From Escherichia phage EK8: a DNA stretch of 64,000 nucleotides. Each line of letters opens with the position of its first letter. Positions within the stretch are counted from its first letter, which is position 1. The notes beneath the pieces were generated by a model. The model ran no database searches. It had not been told where the DNA came from and saw only the letters and a list, made by a program, of their open reading frames with translations. Location of the stretch: sequence record PQ805430.1; one strand, given 5' to 3'. Both the position numbers and the translations under genes were made by a program. Below, piece by piece: positions 7,271 to 16,877 of this stretch.

Positions 7271-9982
7271 TTATGCTCCTGTCCACGTACCGTGGGCATC
7301 AACGTATTTAACCCAATCCTTCGGCTTCCACTTTGACGTGTCTTCCGCTGGTTTAGGGCATTTATAGGCTCCGGCCTCCGCCCACTTGATTTTGCGACGG
7401 TAGAGCATTTCAGCAGCTACAGCGTCACGGATCTCCTGCTCACTCAGGTTGTTGTCCAGCGTGATAGGCGTAGCCCAGTTCGGCCAATAGAGGTCGAGGT
7501 TGGCGGGCAACGGTACACGAGGGTCAGCAATCTCAGGCAGACCTTTCCAGGCCATTTCTTCGATCAGATGATCATTGGCGAATTTAACCGCTGTAATGTC
7601 TCTGCGAATAAGCAGGTAGATAGCATCGTGGATGAGTGCTACGGGGAGAATGTCATTACGGAAGGGACTTGCCCACACCTTCTGCATAAAAGCGTTTACA
7701 GCTCGGTTGGTGAGCAATCCGTATGACTGACCACTCACTGCGTTGCCGAGGCTCCGGCCTTCGGCCTCTGCCTCGCGCATCGTGCGTGAGCTTCCCATGA
7801 CGGAACGTTTGAGTAATGGTGTACGGATACGGAGGCCAAAGGCTCCGGTGCCATAACCATCCTCGGTTGCTTTCTGGATCTTGCCCTGTACCCACTTGCC
7901 CGATACTTCGTAGAGCTTGTGGAAGTTTTCTTCGATCCGCTGAGCTTCTTCTTTCGAGAAGCCGCAGTTCTTGACCAGGGTAAGCCAGGTGCCCAGATAT
8001 TGCAGAGCAAACGACACGGGCTTGGACTGACCACGCTCAGCTTTAAACTCTTCCTGGATTCGGTTAATCCCCTCAACGGTGTTCGGCAGGTGAGCAAATT
8101 TCTCCGGCCAGTATGCGTAGGTACGCATGGAGTGAGGGTCATACCCGTCCGTAAAGACTTTAATCTTGTTCGGATCCTGGGTGAGCAGAGCATTGATACG
8201 GTCTTCCAGAGCATTGAAGTCAGCCCCGGCAAAGATCCATCCATCGGGTGCCGAGAAGATGTATTTAATCAGCTTACCGAATGTAGAACCGGATGGGAGG
8301 TTTTGCAGGTTAGGATCTGACGAACTCAACCGCCCGGACAACGTACCGCCGAGGTTAAAGCAACCATGCAGATACCAGCGACCGTTACCTTTGTCGAAGC
8401 CAGCTTCAAACGCCGGAATGAACGACGACAAGATTTTGGAAACCTTGTTGTAGTCGATCAGTGCCCGCAGTAGAGCTTTGGCCTCTTCCGTCTTAGCATG
8501 GAACTCCAGCTTATCGATGGTGTCCGATGCAGCCGATGGCTGTTTGGTTTTGGTACGCTCAATCACCGGTAGCTGCATCACATCGTAAAGAAGGATGGCT
8601 ACCTGTTGATTACTGCCTGGGTTGAATTGAATGTGGCTAAAGTGCTCCAGCGGGTGCTGTTTCGTCTTGAGCTTGGCATTCGCAGCAACCATAGTGTTGG
8701 TCTGAATGATCTTCTCAGCCTGCTTCACGAAGCGGGTGCCACGCATTAACTGAATAGCGGCATTGAGGCCAGCCTCCAGCTTCTGTCTGGCTTCCTTGAT
8801 CTTCTCCGGTATCATTGGCATACCGGTAAGTTCGATTTGCAGGATGGTTTTCAACGACGGCAGGAATTGCTCTTTGTACAGCTTAAGCTGCCCATCCCGT
8901 ACCATGATCGGATAATACTTCTCCTTCACGTACATCGTTGACATGGTGTCAATGACGTTGTACTGGAGCAGTTCCGGCAACGGGATCGCCATGATGTTGT
9001 TGATATCGTCTTTGGCCCAGTTCCCGGCGAACTCGTGAGCCAGGGTTTTCAAGCCCAGTTCATTACCCGCAGTGGAGTTGGTAGCCAGATACGCGATGAG
9101 CTTGGTATCGTCGATGTTCTTGGTTAGGACTTCCAGACCTTCCAACAACCCGGCATTATCCAGAGGATCTGCCATATACAGGTTGTAGATGAGCACCTTG
9201 ATATCGTACCCGCCGTGGTGATAAACAACCTTACCGTTGTACGCTTCGAAGAACTTTTTCAGCTTATGGCGGAAGTAAGGATCGAAGATCCTGACGTTCT
9301 CTCCATTCTGCTGTATCAGGTCACAACGCATCCCGATACCACCAGTGGTATCTTTACTGAATGAGATCGTGCCGATACCGGCTTTAAACGGGTGCAGACT
9401 GAAAGTCTCAAGGTCAACTGCGACCTCATCCCACTTCATGATTTCGGCAAATGCCTTATCAATCTCACTGTCCGTTATCGGATAGTAAGCCCATTTCAGA
9501 ATGTCGTTACCCAGTGCCTCATACGTCCCTTTGAGGCTGGAAGCCAGGGTCTTAATGGATAAGTCCAGCTTTTCAGACACTGCCGGGTTATACGTCAGAG
9601 CCTGATAGTTGATGCCCAGGGTTACCTGGATATCTTCGTAGCCGGGGATTGCACACGGGAGCATGTAGCCTAATTGAGCCTCAGCCTTCGTATTCTTGGT
9701 CAAGACCTTGAAGTAGTTGGAGTCGGCACAATACACATGCTTGGTTTGCAGTTTCTTTAATGCTGGGAGTAGCTGTTCGAGGTACTTCTTGATATGCCCG
9801 ACAGGTGCTTTGTTATTGGGCTGATAGTCCAGCGTGAATACCACTAAATTCTCAGCTTTATAACCACTATCTTCCAGGGGATCAACATAGAAACGTTTTA
9901 TCTCAGATGGCTGCAATGCTGCCTCTTTGATAAGGATCGCCGTTTCATACGTTGGCCTGGTGGCATAAATGATGTGTCTCAT
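7271..9982 (-). CDS. DNA polymerase, family A, with 3'-5' exonuclease domain
   Basis: Exo motif VAVDLETFSL; pol motif A DFNALEDR; motif B RGQSKPVSFALQYLG; motif C LIHDAIYLL. Confidence 0.9.
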   Translation of the reverse strand: MRHIIYATRPTYETAILIKEAALQPSEIKRFYVDPLEDSGYKAENLVVFTLDYQPNNKAPVGHIKKYLEQLLPALKKLQTKHVYCADSNYFKVLTKNTKAEAQLGYMLPCAIPGYEDIQVTLGINYQALTYNPAVSEKLDLSIKTLASSLKGTYEALGNDILKWAYYPITDSEIDKAFAEIMKWDEVAVDLETFSLHPFKAGIGTISFSKDTTGGIGMRCDLIQQNGENVRIFDPYFRHKLKKFFEAYNGKVVYHHGGYDIKVLIYNLYMADPLDNAGLLEGLEVLTKNIDDTKLIAYLATNSTAGNELGLKTLAHEFAGNWAKDDINNIMAIPLPELLQYNVIDTMSTMYVKEKYYPIMVRDGQLKLYKEQFLPSLKTILQIELTGMPMIPEKIKEARQKLEAGLNAAIQLMRGTRFVKQAEKIIQTNTMVAANAKLKTKQHPLEHFSHIQFNPGSNQQVAILLYDVMQLPVIERTKTKQPSAASDTIDKLEFHAKTEEAKALLRALIDYNKVSKILSSFIPAFEAGFDKGNGRWYLHGCFNLGGTLSGRLSSSDPNLQNLPSGSTFGKLIKYIFSAPDGWIFAGADFNALEDRINALLTQDPNKIKVFTDGYDPHSMRTYAYWPEKFAHLPNTVEGINRIQEEFKAERGQSKPVSFALQYLGTWLTLVKNCGFSKEEAQRIEENFHKLYEVSGKWVQGKIQKATEDGYGTGAFGLRIRTPLLKRSVMGSSRTMREAEAEGRSLGNAVSGQSYGLLTNRAVNAFMQKVWASPFRNDILPVALIHDAIYLLIRRDITAVKFANDHLIEEMAWKGLPEIADPRVPLPANLDLYWPNWATPITLDNNLSEQEIRDAVAAEMLYRRKIKWAEAGAYKCPKPAEDTSKWKPKDWVKYVDAHGTWTGA

Positions 9983-10011
9983 ACAGAGCGACCTCTCTCG
10001 TCGATAAGCAT

Positions 10012-10038
10012 GAATAAAAAAGCCAGCCCGAAGGCTGG
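10012..10038 (-). terminator. rho-independent terminator (minus strand) after rIIB-like gene
   Basis: GCCAGCC-CGAA-GGCTGGC hairpin with adjacent A-run on plus strand. Confidence 0.6.
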
Positions 10039-10060
10039 CCAGGGTGATGCAGTTTACAGC

Positions 10061-12145
10061 TTACTTCGCCAGGGTTTCAATCATCGCAGCAACTTCGTCG
10101 CTGACGCCGAGTTTAGCCCAGGATTTCTTGGCCGAACGCTTAATAGCCAGTGCGTCACGCGCAATGCTTTCGTTGATGGTGCTGCCTTTCAGCAGAGCTT
10201 CCATCTGAGCTTTCGGTGAACCTGCTTTCGCTGGCTTAGCCTTTTTCTCAGTCAGGCCGTCAAAGTCATCGACTTTTTTAACGGCGACCGGAGGCTTAGC
10301 AGCATCAGCCGCTTCGGTAACAACTTTACCGATATCGTCGGACAGCCCAAGAGCAGTCCAGCTTTTCTTACTGGCTTTCTTAAACAGAGCCAGTTCGAGA
10401 GCTTTATTGCCCGCACCAGTGCTGGTCGTTGCAGACTTAAACTCAGCATACAGACGCTGAGCAGTCTGAGCTTTGGTTTCACGTTTCACGTCGTCACCTT
10501 TCGGTTTAACCGGGGTCAGGTTTTCAACAGAGTTGGCCTTAACCGGTTCCGGTTTCAGATCCGTTGCTTTCACTTCCGGGGAAGCTGGTGCAACCGGTAC
10601 ATGCTTTTCATCGCCAATCGGATCGATGTTGGTGTTACGGATATCACCTTCGACCAATTCGGCTACCGTGGTATCTACGCCGTCCAGATCGGTGATGGTC
10701 AGTTTGGAACCTTTCTGACCGCCAATCTGTACAGTCTGGATTACCGGGATGTGCTTACCGCGCAGGACTGCGTTGAGGATTTCAGCACCACCGTCGATAG
10801 ATGACAGCTTGCCACCACGGTTAACGTGATTGGCCTGCTTATCGTTCAGCAGAGCGACGATGTGATACCCGGCCACACGCATTTTATTGTTGTTGTACTC
10901 TGGCACCGCGATAACGTCTTCCGGGGCTACTTTACCAACAATGGTAAATTCACCAGAGAAGCCGCTCAGGTAGCTGAGTGCAGCAACATGCAGACCGTTG
11001 GAACAGTCCTGACGACGATCCGGGTCAACCAGAGATTCATCCATAAAGACACGGGAACCCACTTTCTGTTTGACGTTACGGGTGTGACAGTCAACCATGA
11101 TGCCCGCATCTTTTTCGGATTTAACACCGGATGCAGTCAGGCGTTTGTAGATCACGATGGAGCCATCGTCAGCAATCGGCAGATCGCCGTGCTTCATGAA
11201 CTTCATCAGGTCTTCAACGCTGAAACGGCGTTTGTGAACCACCGTACCCAGGCGTTCCAGGAATTTCTGGAAGCCAGTGAAGTCTTTCAGATCCGTGGCT
11301 GCTTTAACTTGTGCAGCCAGGTGCTGAGCTTCCGGGATGATGGTACGGCCACCGTTGGTAACCGCCACTACCGTTTCGTCTTCGGTCAGCTTTTCGTGGA
11401 ACTTCGGATCGGATGCAGGTACTGCTTCCTTCTCCAGAATGTCCAGTCGAGCATTGGCCTCAGCGATTTTCTGCTCATTGGTTTGAACCGGAGCAACCGG
11501 AGCCGGAGCATTGGCAGGCTTGTACGTTACCACACCGCCCAGGCGAGCCAGTTCGGTTACGAACAGCTTAACCCGTGCATCGTTAACATCATACGCCACG
11601 AGAACCGGCAGGCTGCTGGATACCAGGTCATGGGCTTCTTTCAGCCCAGCCCCGGCGACAGCACGGATAGCTTTGATAACAGCAACCTTCTGCCCCTGCG
11701 GGTATGCTTCCAGCATCACGTCATAGTTACCCGGAGGGATAACCACGTCGTCGAACTCAGTCTCTACCGACTCGCCGGGGATAACCCCCAGCTTGATCGG
11801 ATTGACATAAGCAGACGGTGCCGGTTGGGTAACCGCAGGCTGCTCAGGTTCATCACTGAACCAGTCAGCAATACGTTTTTTCGCCACTTTGAAGAAGCGA
11901 ACAACACCATTACTGGCTTTCTCTGCTTCATCAAATTCCGGCTGATGGACAACCGGTATAACCGGTGCCAGGGAGACTTCCACTGCACGAGGGGGAACCT
12001 CGGACAGCGGAGCCTTCACCGTTTCCATAATGCGGGTGACACGAGGATCACCCTGCTTTACGGTTACGGTATCACCGTCCTCGGTAAAGAGGACGATGTT
12101 CGCAGAGTCAACTGACACTGCGATCACCACAACTGAATTTTTCAT
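10061..12145 (-). CDS. rIIB: rIIB-like protein with N-terminal extension and C-terminal tandem repeats
   Basis: central DCSNGLHVAALSYL...VIAVPEYNNNKMRVAGYHIV resembles T4 rIIB core as recalled; adjacent to rIIA-like gene with 4-nt overlap; residues ~140-209 resemble ribosomal L7/L12 CTD; two ~35-aa repeats (KKSW..LG.SD) at C-terminus. Confidence 0.6.
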   Translation of the reverse strand: MKNSVVVIAVSVDSANIVLFTEDGDTVTVKQGDPRVTRIMETVKAPLSEVPPRAVEVSLAPVIPVVHQPEFDEAEKASNGVVRFFKVAKKRIADWFSDEPEQPAVTQPAPSAYVNPIKLGVIPGESVETEFDDVVIPPGNYDVMLEAYPQGQKVAVIKAIRAVAGAGLKEAHDLVSSSLPVLVAYDVNDARVKLFVTELARLGGVVTYKPANAPAPVAPVQTNEQKIAEANARLDILEKEAVPASDPKFHEKLTEDETVVAVTNGGRTIIPEAQHLAAQVKAATDLKDFTGFQKFLERLGTVVHKRRFSVEDLMKFMKHGDLPIADDGSIVIYKRLTASGVKSEKDAGIMVDCHTRNVKQKVGSRVFMDESLVDPDRRQDCSNGLHVAALSYLSGFSGEFTIVGKVAPEDVIAVPEYNNNKMRVAGYHIVALLNDKQANHVNRGGKLSSIDGGAEILNAVLRGKHIPVIQTVQIGGQKGSKLTITDLDGVDTTVAELVEGDIRNTNIDPIGDEKHVPVAPASPEVKATDLKPEPVKANSVENLTPVKPKGDDVKRETKAQTAQRLYAEFKSATTSTGAGNKALELALFKKASKKSWTALGLSDDIGKVVTEAADAAKPPVAVKKVDDFDGLTEKKAKPAKAGSPKAQMEALLKGSTINESIARDALAIKRSAKKSWAKLGVSDEVAAMIETLAK

Positions 12146-14580
12146 TTTTTATTTCCGTTTTTCATCGCGATTAAAACGAGGGATCGGAGAGCAGCTTTTC
12201 TCTCCGGGTACATGTCGGCAATCTCACGGACTTGCTCAATCGTTAATTTACGAATCACAATATCCGACTTGATGGCCTTAATTTGCTTGATCCAAGCAAA
12301 CTCGGTCAGGTGCAAGGTTTCAACAACCTTACACTGCTCGTACTCTTCTTCGGTCAAGACCTCATCGGTGTACAGGCGATAGAGGCTGCACTCGTCGATA
12401 GCTTTGATTACAGCTTCCAAATCCTTACGGAATGTTAGCTTCTTCAAGCCAGGGACTTTAATGTCCAGCTTCTCCAGCATACGCAATGTGCCAGATTCTA
12501 TGTTATGGGCAGTGGACAGATCCGATTGACGTTCTTTGGTCAGGTAGGTCTTCATCTCTTTGCTGAGATAAATCTCCAGCATAGGTTTGATGAAATACTG
12601 ATCTACCGGAACCGCACCACGGCGTGCTGCCATGTTACGCTCGATACCGTTACGGACTACCACTGCGTTATCCAGCAGATTGTCATCCAGCATGGATGGC
12701 GTGCAGAAACGGCCCAGCTTATTGTGCTTCACATCGTCGTACTCAACGTAGAACAGCGGAGCGTCGGTATTACCTTTCCACTCTTTAGCTGTCTTGATTT
12801 TCGAACGTGTGAACACCATAACGCCTTTGTCGCCAGTGTCCACCATGTTACGGATGGGCACCAGGCCATTTGCGATTACTGGTTTGGCTTCAGCAAGTTT
12901 TTTACGCTGCTTTTTGTACTTCTCGACCGGATCCCATTCATGATTCAGGGTCAGGTCAACGACAGTCCAGCCAGCGTCAGTGAAGGCTTTGATCGGTGCA
13001 ACCTTTGCATCCTTCTTCATGCCGATGTGGTAAATGTAATAGTTCTTACGGAAGTCAGAGCCATTAAAACCAGGCCACTGCTCGCAGGAATACTCTACTT
13101 CTTTCAGGCGGGTAGTGATGAACACCACACGCTGAGTCAGGCAGTAGAGATTGCTCAGGATTTCCATGTCCTTGTGGTACAGGTGGAAATTCTTTGCGGT
13201 CAGCGAACGATAGCCTTTGAACTGAACCACACGAAGTGATCTCAGATCCAGGTCTTTATGCTCAAAGACTTTGGCTACCGGCTTCCAGATGAACTGGTAA
13301 TGGAAACGACGTAACGCATCGTTGCGGCTGGTATTTTTAGCCACGTTAAGGGCACCCAGCAGGGCACTTTCGATGCTCGGATGAATATTCCGCTCCGCGA
13401 GGAACTTCTTATACGAAGCCAGTTCACAATTTTTGAAGTATTTACGCCAGTGCTCAACGAGATCTTTACCCAGAGGTGAGGTCAGATAACGCTGTTGCAG
13501 ATCGGAAAAGCCACGGATGAAGTGATACCAGTTTTTATCCTGCAAACGGTTGGCATTGACATCCCGCAGTTCCTCGCCAACTTTCATGGCTGTTACCGGA
13601 ATGCTGGCACGGATATCTTTTTCGACACGCTTGGTCAGGTTAACGCAGAGGTCAACGATACCGTTCTCCGTCATCTTCTGGCTTGACAGTGCCTCACGGC
13701 CCGGTGTTAAAGCCAGAGTGTCAGGAGCAGCCTGAACGAGCATACGACGGATGTTCACGATACGCATGAAACGACGGATGGTGTCCAGGGCAGGACGAGT
13801 TGCCGGGGTATCCAGTGCCGGATAAACGACGTTACCATAACGGATAAACACTGCGTGCTCACCCATATAATCGTCATACCAGCGGTTCGAGTCCATGTGA
13901 TAAGAACCTGGCTCGAAGGACATACCCAGTGTTTCCAGACGGCCAGTGGCACCACGGTAATAACCGGATACTTCCAGATCCACTTTCATTTCGCCATGCA
14001 GCGTGATGTAACGGATGTACTGGAGGAACTCGTACTCATCCCCATCTTCGACACGGATACGCACTTCCAGACCGGTTTCAGTGGTCGGAGCGTCCATGAT
14101 TTTGGTAATACCCGGACGGCCACCAGATTCTATTGAGGATTTAGTTATGTTGTATACCGTCTTAGTTCCCTGGTTATACGAGATAACCCGGAAGCTGTCG
14201 GTATACGCGAATGGTGATTTACAGCCCAGGCCAAAGCCACCAGTCACATTGCTGTTGGTCTTTTTGGTGGACGCACCATAGGTGCCGTACACTTCACCCA
14301 TTTTGTCATGGGGAATGCCTGTACCGAAGTCACGGAAGATGAGATCACCTTCTTCGTTGATGGATACTTTAACGGCTGTGTCTTTCAGGCCAGCCTCAAT
14401 ATGGGCATCCCAGGAGTTGCAGAGCGTTTCACGCACTACAGCTAATTTCTGGTTTGAATAGAGGTTGGCTGACAAAATCTGGAAGAACGCCGGATCGTCA
14501 GAGATACCGAAGTTGATGGTCTGGTTGGCACCGCCCAGAGTTGCGGAAGACGCCAGTTGTGTTGAGTCGGCTACCTGCAT
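12142..14580 (-). CDS. rIIA: rIIA-like protein (GHKL-type ATPase fold)
   Basis: FFQILSANLYSNQKLAVVRE, DFGTGIP and GGFGLGCKSPFAYTDSF match T4 rIIA N-terminal GHKL-like motifs as recalled. Confidence 0.75.
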   Translation of the reverse strand: MQVADSTQLASSATLGGANQTINFGISDDPAFFQILSANLYSNQKLAVVRETLCNSWDAHIEAGLKDTAVKVSINEEGDLIFRDFGTGIPHDKMGEVYGTYGASTKKTNSNVTGGFGLGCKSPFAYTDSFRVISYNQGTKTVYNITKSSIESGGRPGITKIMDAPTTETGLEVRIRVEDGDEYEFLQYIRYITLHGEMKVDLEVSGYYRGATGRLETLGMSFEPGSYHMDSNRWYDDYMGEHAVFIRYGNVVYPALDTPATRPALDTIRRFMRIVNIRRMLVQAAPDTLALTPGREALSSQKMTENGIVDLCVNLTKRVEKDIRASIPVTAMKVGEELRDVNANRLQDKNWYHFIRGFSDLQQRYLTSPLGKDLVEHWRKYFKNCELASYKKFLAERNIHPSIESALLGALNVAKNTSRNDALRRFHYQFIWKPVAKVFEHKDLDLRSLRVVQFKGYRSLTAKNFHLYHKDMEILSNLYCLTQRVVFITTRLKEVEYSCEQWPGFNGSDFRKNYYIYHIGMKKDAKVAPIKAFTDAGWTVVDLTLNHEWDPVEKYKKQRKKLAEAKPVIANGLVPIRNMVDTGDKGVMVFTRSKIKTAKEWKGNTDAPLFYVEYDDVKHNKLGRFCTPSMLDDNLLDNAVVVRNGIERNMAARRGAVPVDQYFIKPMLEIYLSKEMKTYLTKERQSDLSTAHNIESGTLRMLEKLDIKVPGLKKLTFRKDLEAVIKAIDECSLYRLYTDEVLTEEEYEQCKVVETLHLTEFAWIKQIKAIKSDIVIRKLTIEQVREIADMYPERKAALRSLVLIAMKNGNKK

Positions 14581-14619
14581 TTGAAATTCCTCAAGTAAGA
14601 TTTAGAAAGGCTTTTAGTA

Positions 14620-14644
14620 AGAAAAAGCCAGATTAAATCTGGCT
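14620..14644 (-). terminator. rho-independent terminator (minus strand)
   Basis: 8-bp stem AGCCAGAT/ATCTGGCT with TAA loop, A-run on plus side. Confidence 0.55.
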
Positions 14645-14651
14645 TATTGGG

Positions 14652-14984
14652 TTAGATTTTTGGCAGCTTACCCGCCATAGCTTGCAGTACAAATACGGCC
14701 ATATCTGATGCACGATCATCAGAAAGGTCAGATAATTGGAATCCCCAGTCTTCATCCCATTCATCAGCAATACGCTGAACTTCGGCCAGACCCGCCTGCA
14801 CCATATCCGGGGTCGGAGTGGTGAACGCTTCTTCTAACTGTTGAATACGCTGAACGAGGGCGAGAGCCAGATTATCTCCAGTAAGGTCGCGCCAAAGGTG
14901 GCCATTACGATGAGCAACGAAATGAGCACCGCAATCGTGAGAGACTTCATATTCGCCTACCTTCACAATGGTTTTGGTTGTCAT
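14652..14984 (-). CDS. hypothetical protein
   Basis: 110-aa ORF in replication gene block. Confidence 0.5.
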   Translation of the reverse strand: MTTKTIVKVGEYEVSHDCGAHFVAHRNGHLWRDLTGDNLALALVQRIQQLEEAFTTPTPDMVQAGLAEVQRIADEWDEDWGFQLSDLSDDRASDMAVFVLQAMAGKLPKI

Positions 14985-15508
14985 ACAAACACTCCTAAAG
15001 TGTTCTTGGTCGCACGCTGGAACAGCATATCCAGGTTATGCGCATGTTTGGTTTTAAACTCGGCTACCTGCTCATCACTGAGAGGCTGGAAGTGTTCCAG
15101 GTCGAGTTCCTCTTTGATGCCAATCTTCCGCATTTGTTCATGCAGAAGGCTCGGCAATAGTTGGTACAGGTGAGTTGCACTTTCACACCGGCCTACGGCA
15201 GCGATCAGTGCAGCATTAACGTAGGCACCTTCCTCATCCAGAATCTTCCGGCGTTTTGCCATCAGTTCGTGCATTTCGGGATACAGGAATTTGGCCAGTG
15301 TCTGGGGGAAACGTACCGGTTGCGATTCGAACCGGAATACTTCACCCCCGAACGTAAACGTTAATAACGGCGACTTTCTCGCTTCCTGGTTTCGCTGGGC
15401 AATCGACATGATCTTCTCATCGAAGTAGTCAATCGCCCCCTGAAACATGTAACGGTGCAATAGCTTCACCACAAGCTGGATATCTTTGGTTGTCAGGTCT
15501 TTGATCAT
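14981..15508 (-). CDS. hypothetical protein
   Basis: 175-aa ORF, overlapping stop/start with neighbours. Confidence 0.5.
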   Translation of the reverse strand: MIKDLTTKDIQLVVKLLHRYMFQGAIDYFDEKIMSIAQRNQEARKSPLLTFTFGGEVFRFESQPVRFPQTLAKFLYPEMHELMAKRRKILDEEGAYVNAALIAAVGRCESATHLYQLLPSLLHEQMRKIGIKEELDLEHFQPLSDEQVAEFKTKHAHNLDMLFQRATKNTLGVFV

Positions 15509-16860
15509 CAGTACAGATCCCCAGTAAGAAATAGCTGCTTACGGGCACGAGTGCAGGCCACATACAGAAGCCGCATACGGATTTCAGTGTCCACACAATA
15601 CCCGATATCAGCCAGGTCAATATAAACACGTCGGAAGGTGGAACCCTGTGACTTGTAGACTGTCTGGGCATAGACCGGGCGTAAGTCTACCCAGGTGTCT
15701 TTCACCTTACGCATCTGGTGCAGATAGGCTTCGGCTGCTTTAGGCTCCGGGGTATTCTCATACTCCCGGTACAGTCGGTTGATGATTTTGGAGATGGCCT
15801 TATGGTCATGTGGCATGAAGAACGTTCGTTCGTTCTCGTTGTTCATGTACACCCAATAGCCAGGCTCTCCATGCTGAACATCCTCTTCGAGGGCACTGAT
15901 ATAAACCAGGCCATCAGTACGGATGCCACCAGTGCCTTTCTTGCCAGCCACGTAGTGGTTGTTGATCGCATAATCCCCGGCCTGAAAGTCACGGCTACCG
16001 GTGATGATTCTGTTCATGCCTTTGTTGTAGGCTTGAACCCGGTTGTTACGAAAGGCCAGGAATTTGCTGGTGCTAAAGATCCAGTCGTCGGACGACATAT
16101 CCGCCAGCATTACCCGGTCGAACTGAGGACGTGGCATCCACACGATGTGTTTCCCGTCGATAGGACAGGGCGGGATACGCCAGTCCTTCGCCAGAATACG
16201 CTTACGCAGTTCCACGCTGAGTTTGAAGATGGGCGTATCAGTATCAAAACGCTCCACGATCTTAAGCTCAGCTTTACGGAAGCCAGATTCGAATGCAGGC
16301 ATCGACTTGGCATCGGCATTCTTCAACTGAGCAGGATCACCAACAAAGATAACTTTCGTATCCTTGCTGATTTTCTTCTTAATCCAGTCGAATAATTCCT
16401 CGTCGATATAGCTCGCCTCATCAATGATGAGGATGCACTTACCGGCCTTGAAATCGTATTTCCGGTCGGCCAGTCTGTCCTTCCTGGGATTGTTGGGATC
16501 CGGTGCCATAGTCAGCCCCAGATAGCTGTGAATAGTTTTCACCTCTGGATTCATGACAGTAATGTCATCACCAGTCACCGACGCATCCAGGCCACGGAGT
16601 TGAATCTCCATAGCCTCACATGCTTTATTGGTGGTGGCGGTGAAATTGATAGGCAGACCGGTTTTACCCTTCAAACCCAGCAGTCGCCGGGTCTTATGGA
16701 AGTCATGAAGGGTACGCACGAAGTGCTTTAGCACGAATGTCTTACCGGTTCCCCCGGCACCCTCCAGAACCATAAACTGTTCTGTGGAGCTACCGAGGAA
16801 CCCGTGCATTATCTGAATGGCCGATTCCTGATCGGCATTAAGTTTTACGTCTTCGGACAT
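15508..16860 (-). CDS. SF1 DNA helicase (RecD/Dda-like)
   Basis: Walker A LEGAGGTGKTF; Walker B LIIDEASYI; C-terminal YVACTRARKQLFL helicase motif. Confidence 0.8.
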   Translation of the reverse strand: MSEDVKLNADQESAIQIMHGFLGSSTEQFMVLEGAGGTGKTFVLKHFVRTLHDFHKTRRLLGLKGKTGLPINFTATTNKACEAMEIQLRGLDASVTGDDITVMNPEVKTIHSYLGLTMAPDPNNPRKDRLADRKYDFKAGKCILIIDEASYIDEELFDWIKKKISKDTKVIFVGDPAQLKNADAKSMPAFESGFRKAELKIVERFDTDTPIFKLSVELRKRILAKDWRIPPCPIDGKHIVWMPRPQFDRVMLADMSSDDWIFSTSKFLAFRNNRVQAYNKGMNRIITGSRDFQAGDYAINNHYVAGKKGTGGIRTDGLVYISALEEDVQHGEPGYWVYMNNENERTFFMPHDHKAISKIINRLYREYENTPEPKAAEAYLHQMRKVKDTWVDLRPVYAQTVYKSQGSTFRRVYIDLADIGYCVDTEIRMRLLYVACTRARKQLFLTGDLY

Positions 16861-16877
16861 GATTACCTCTTAGAGGA

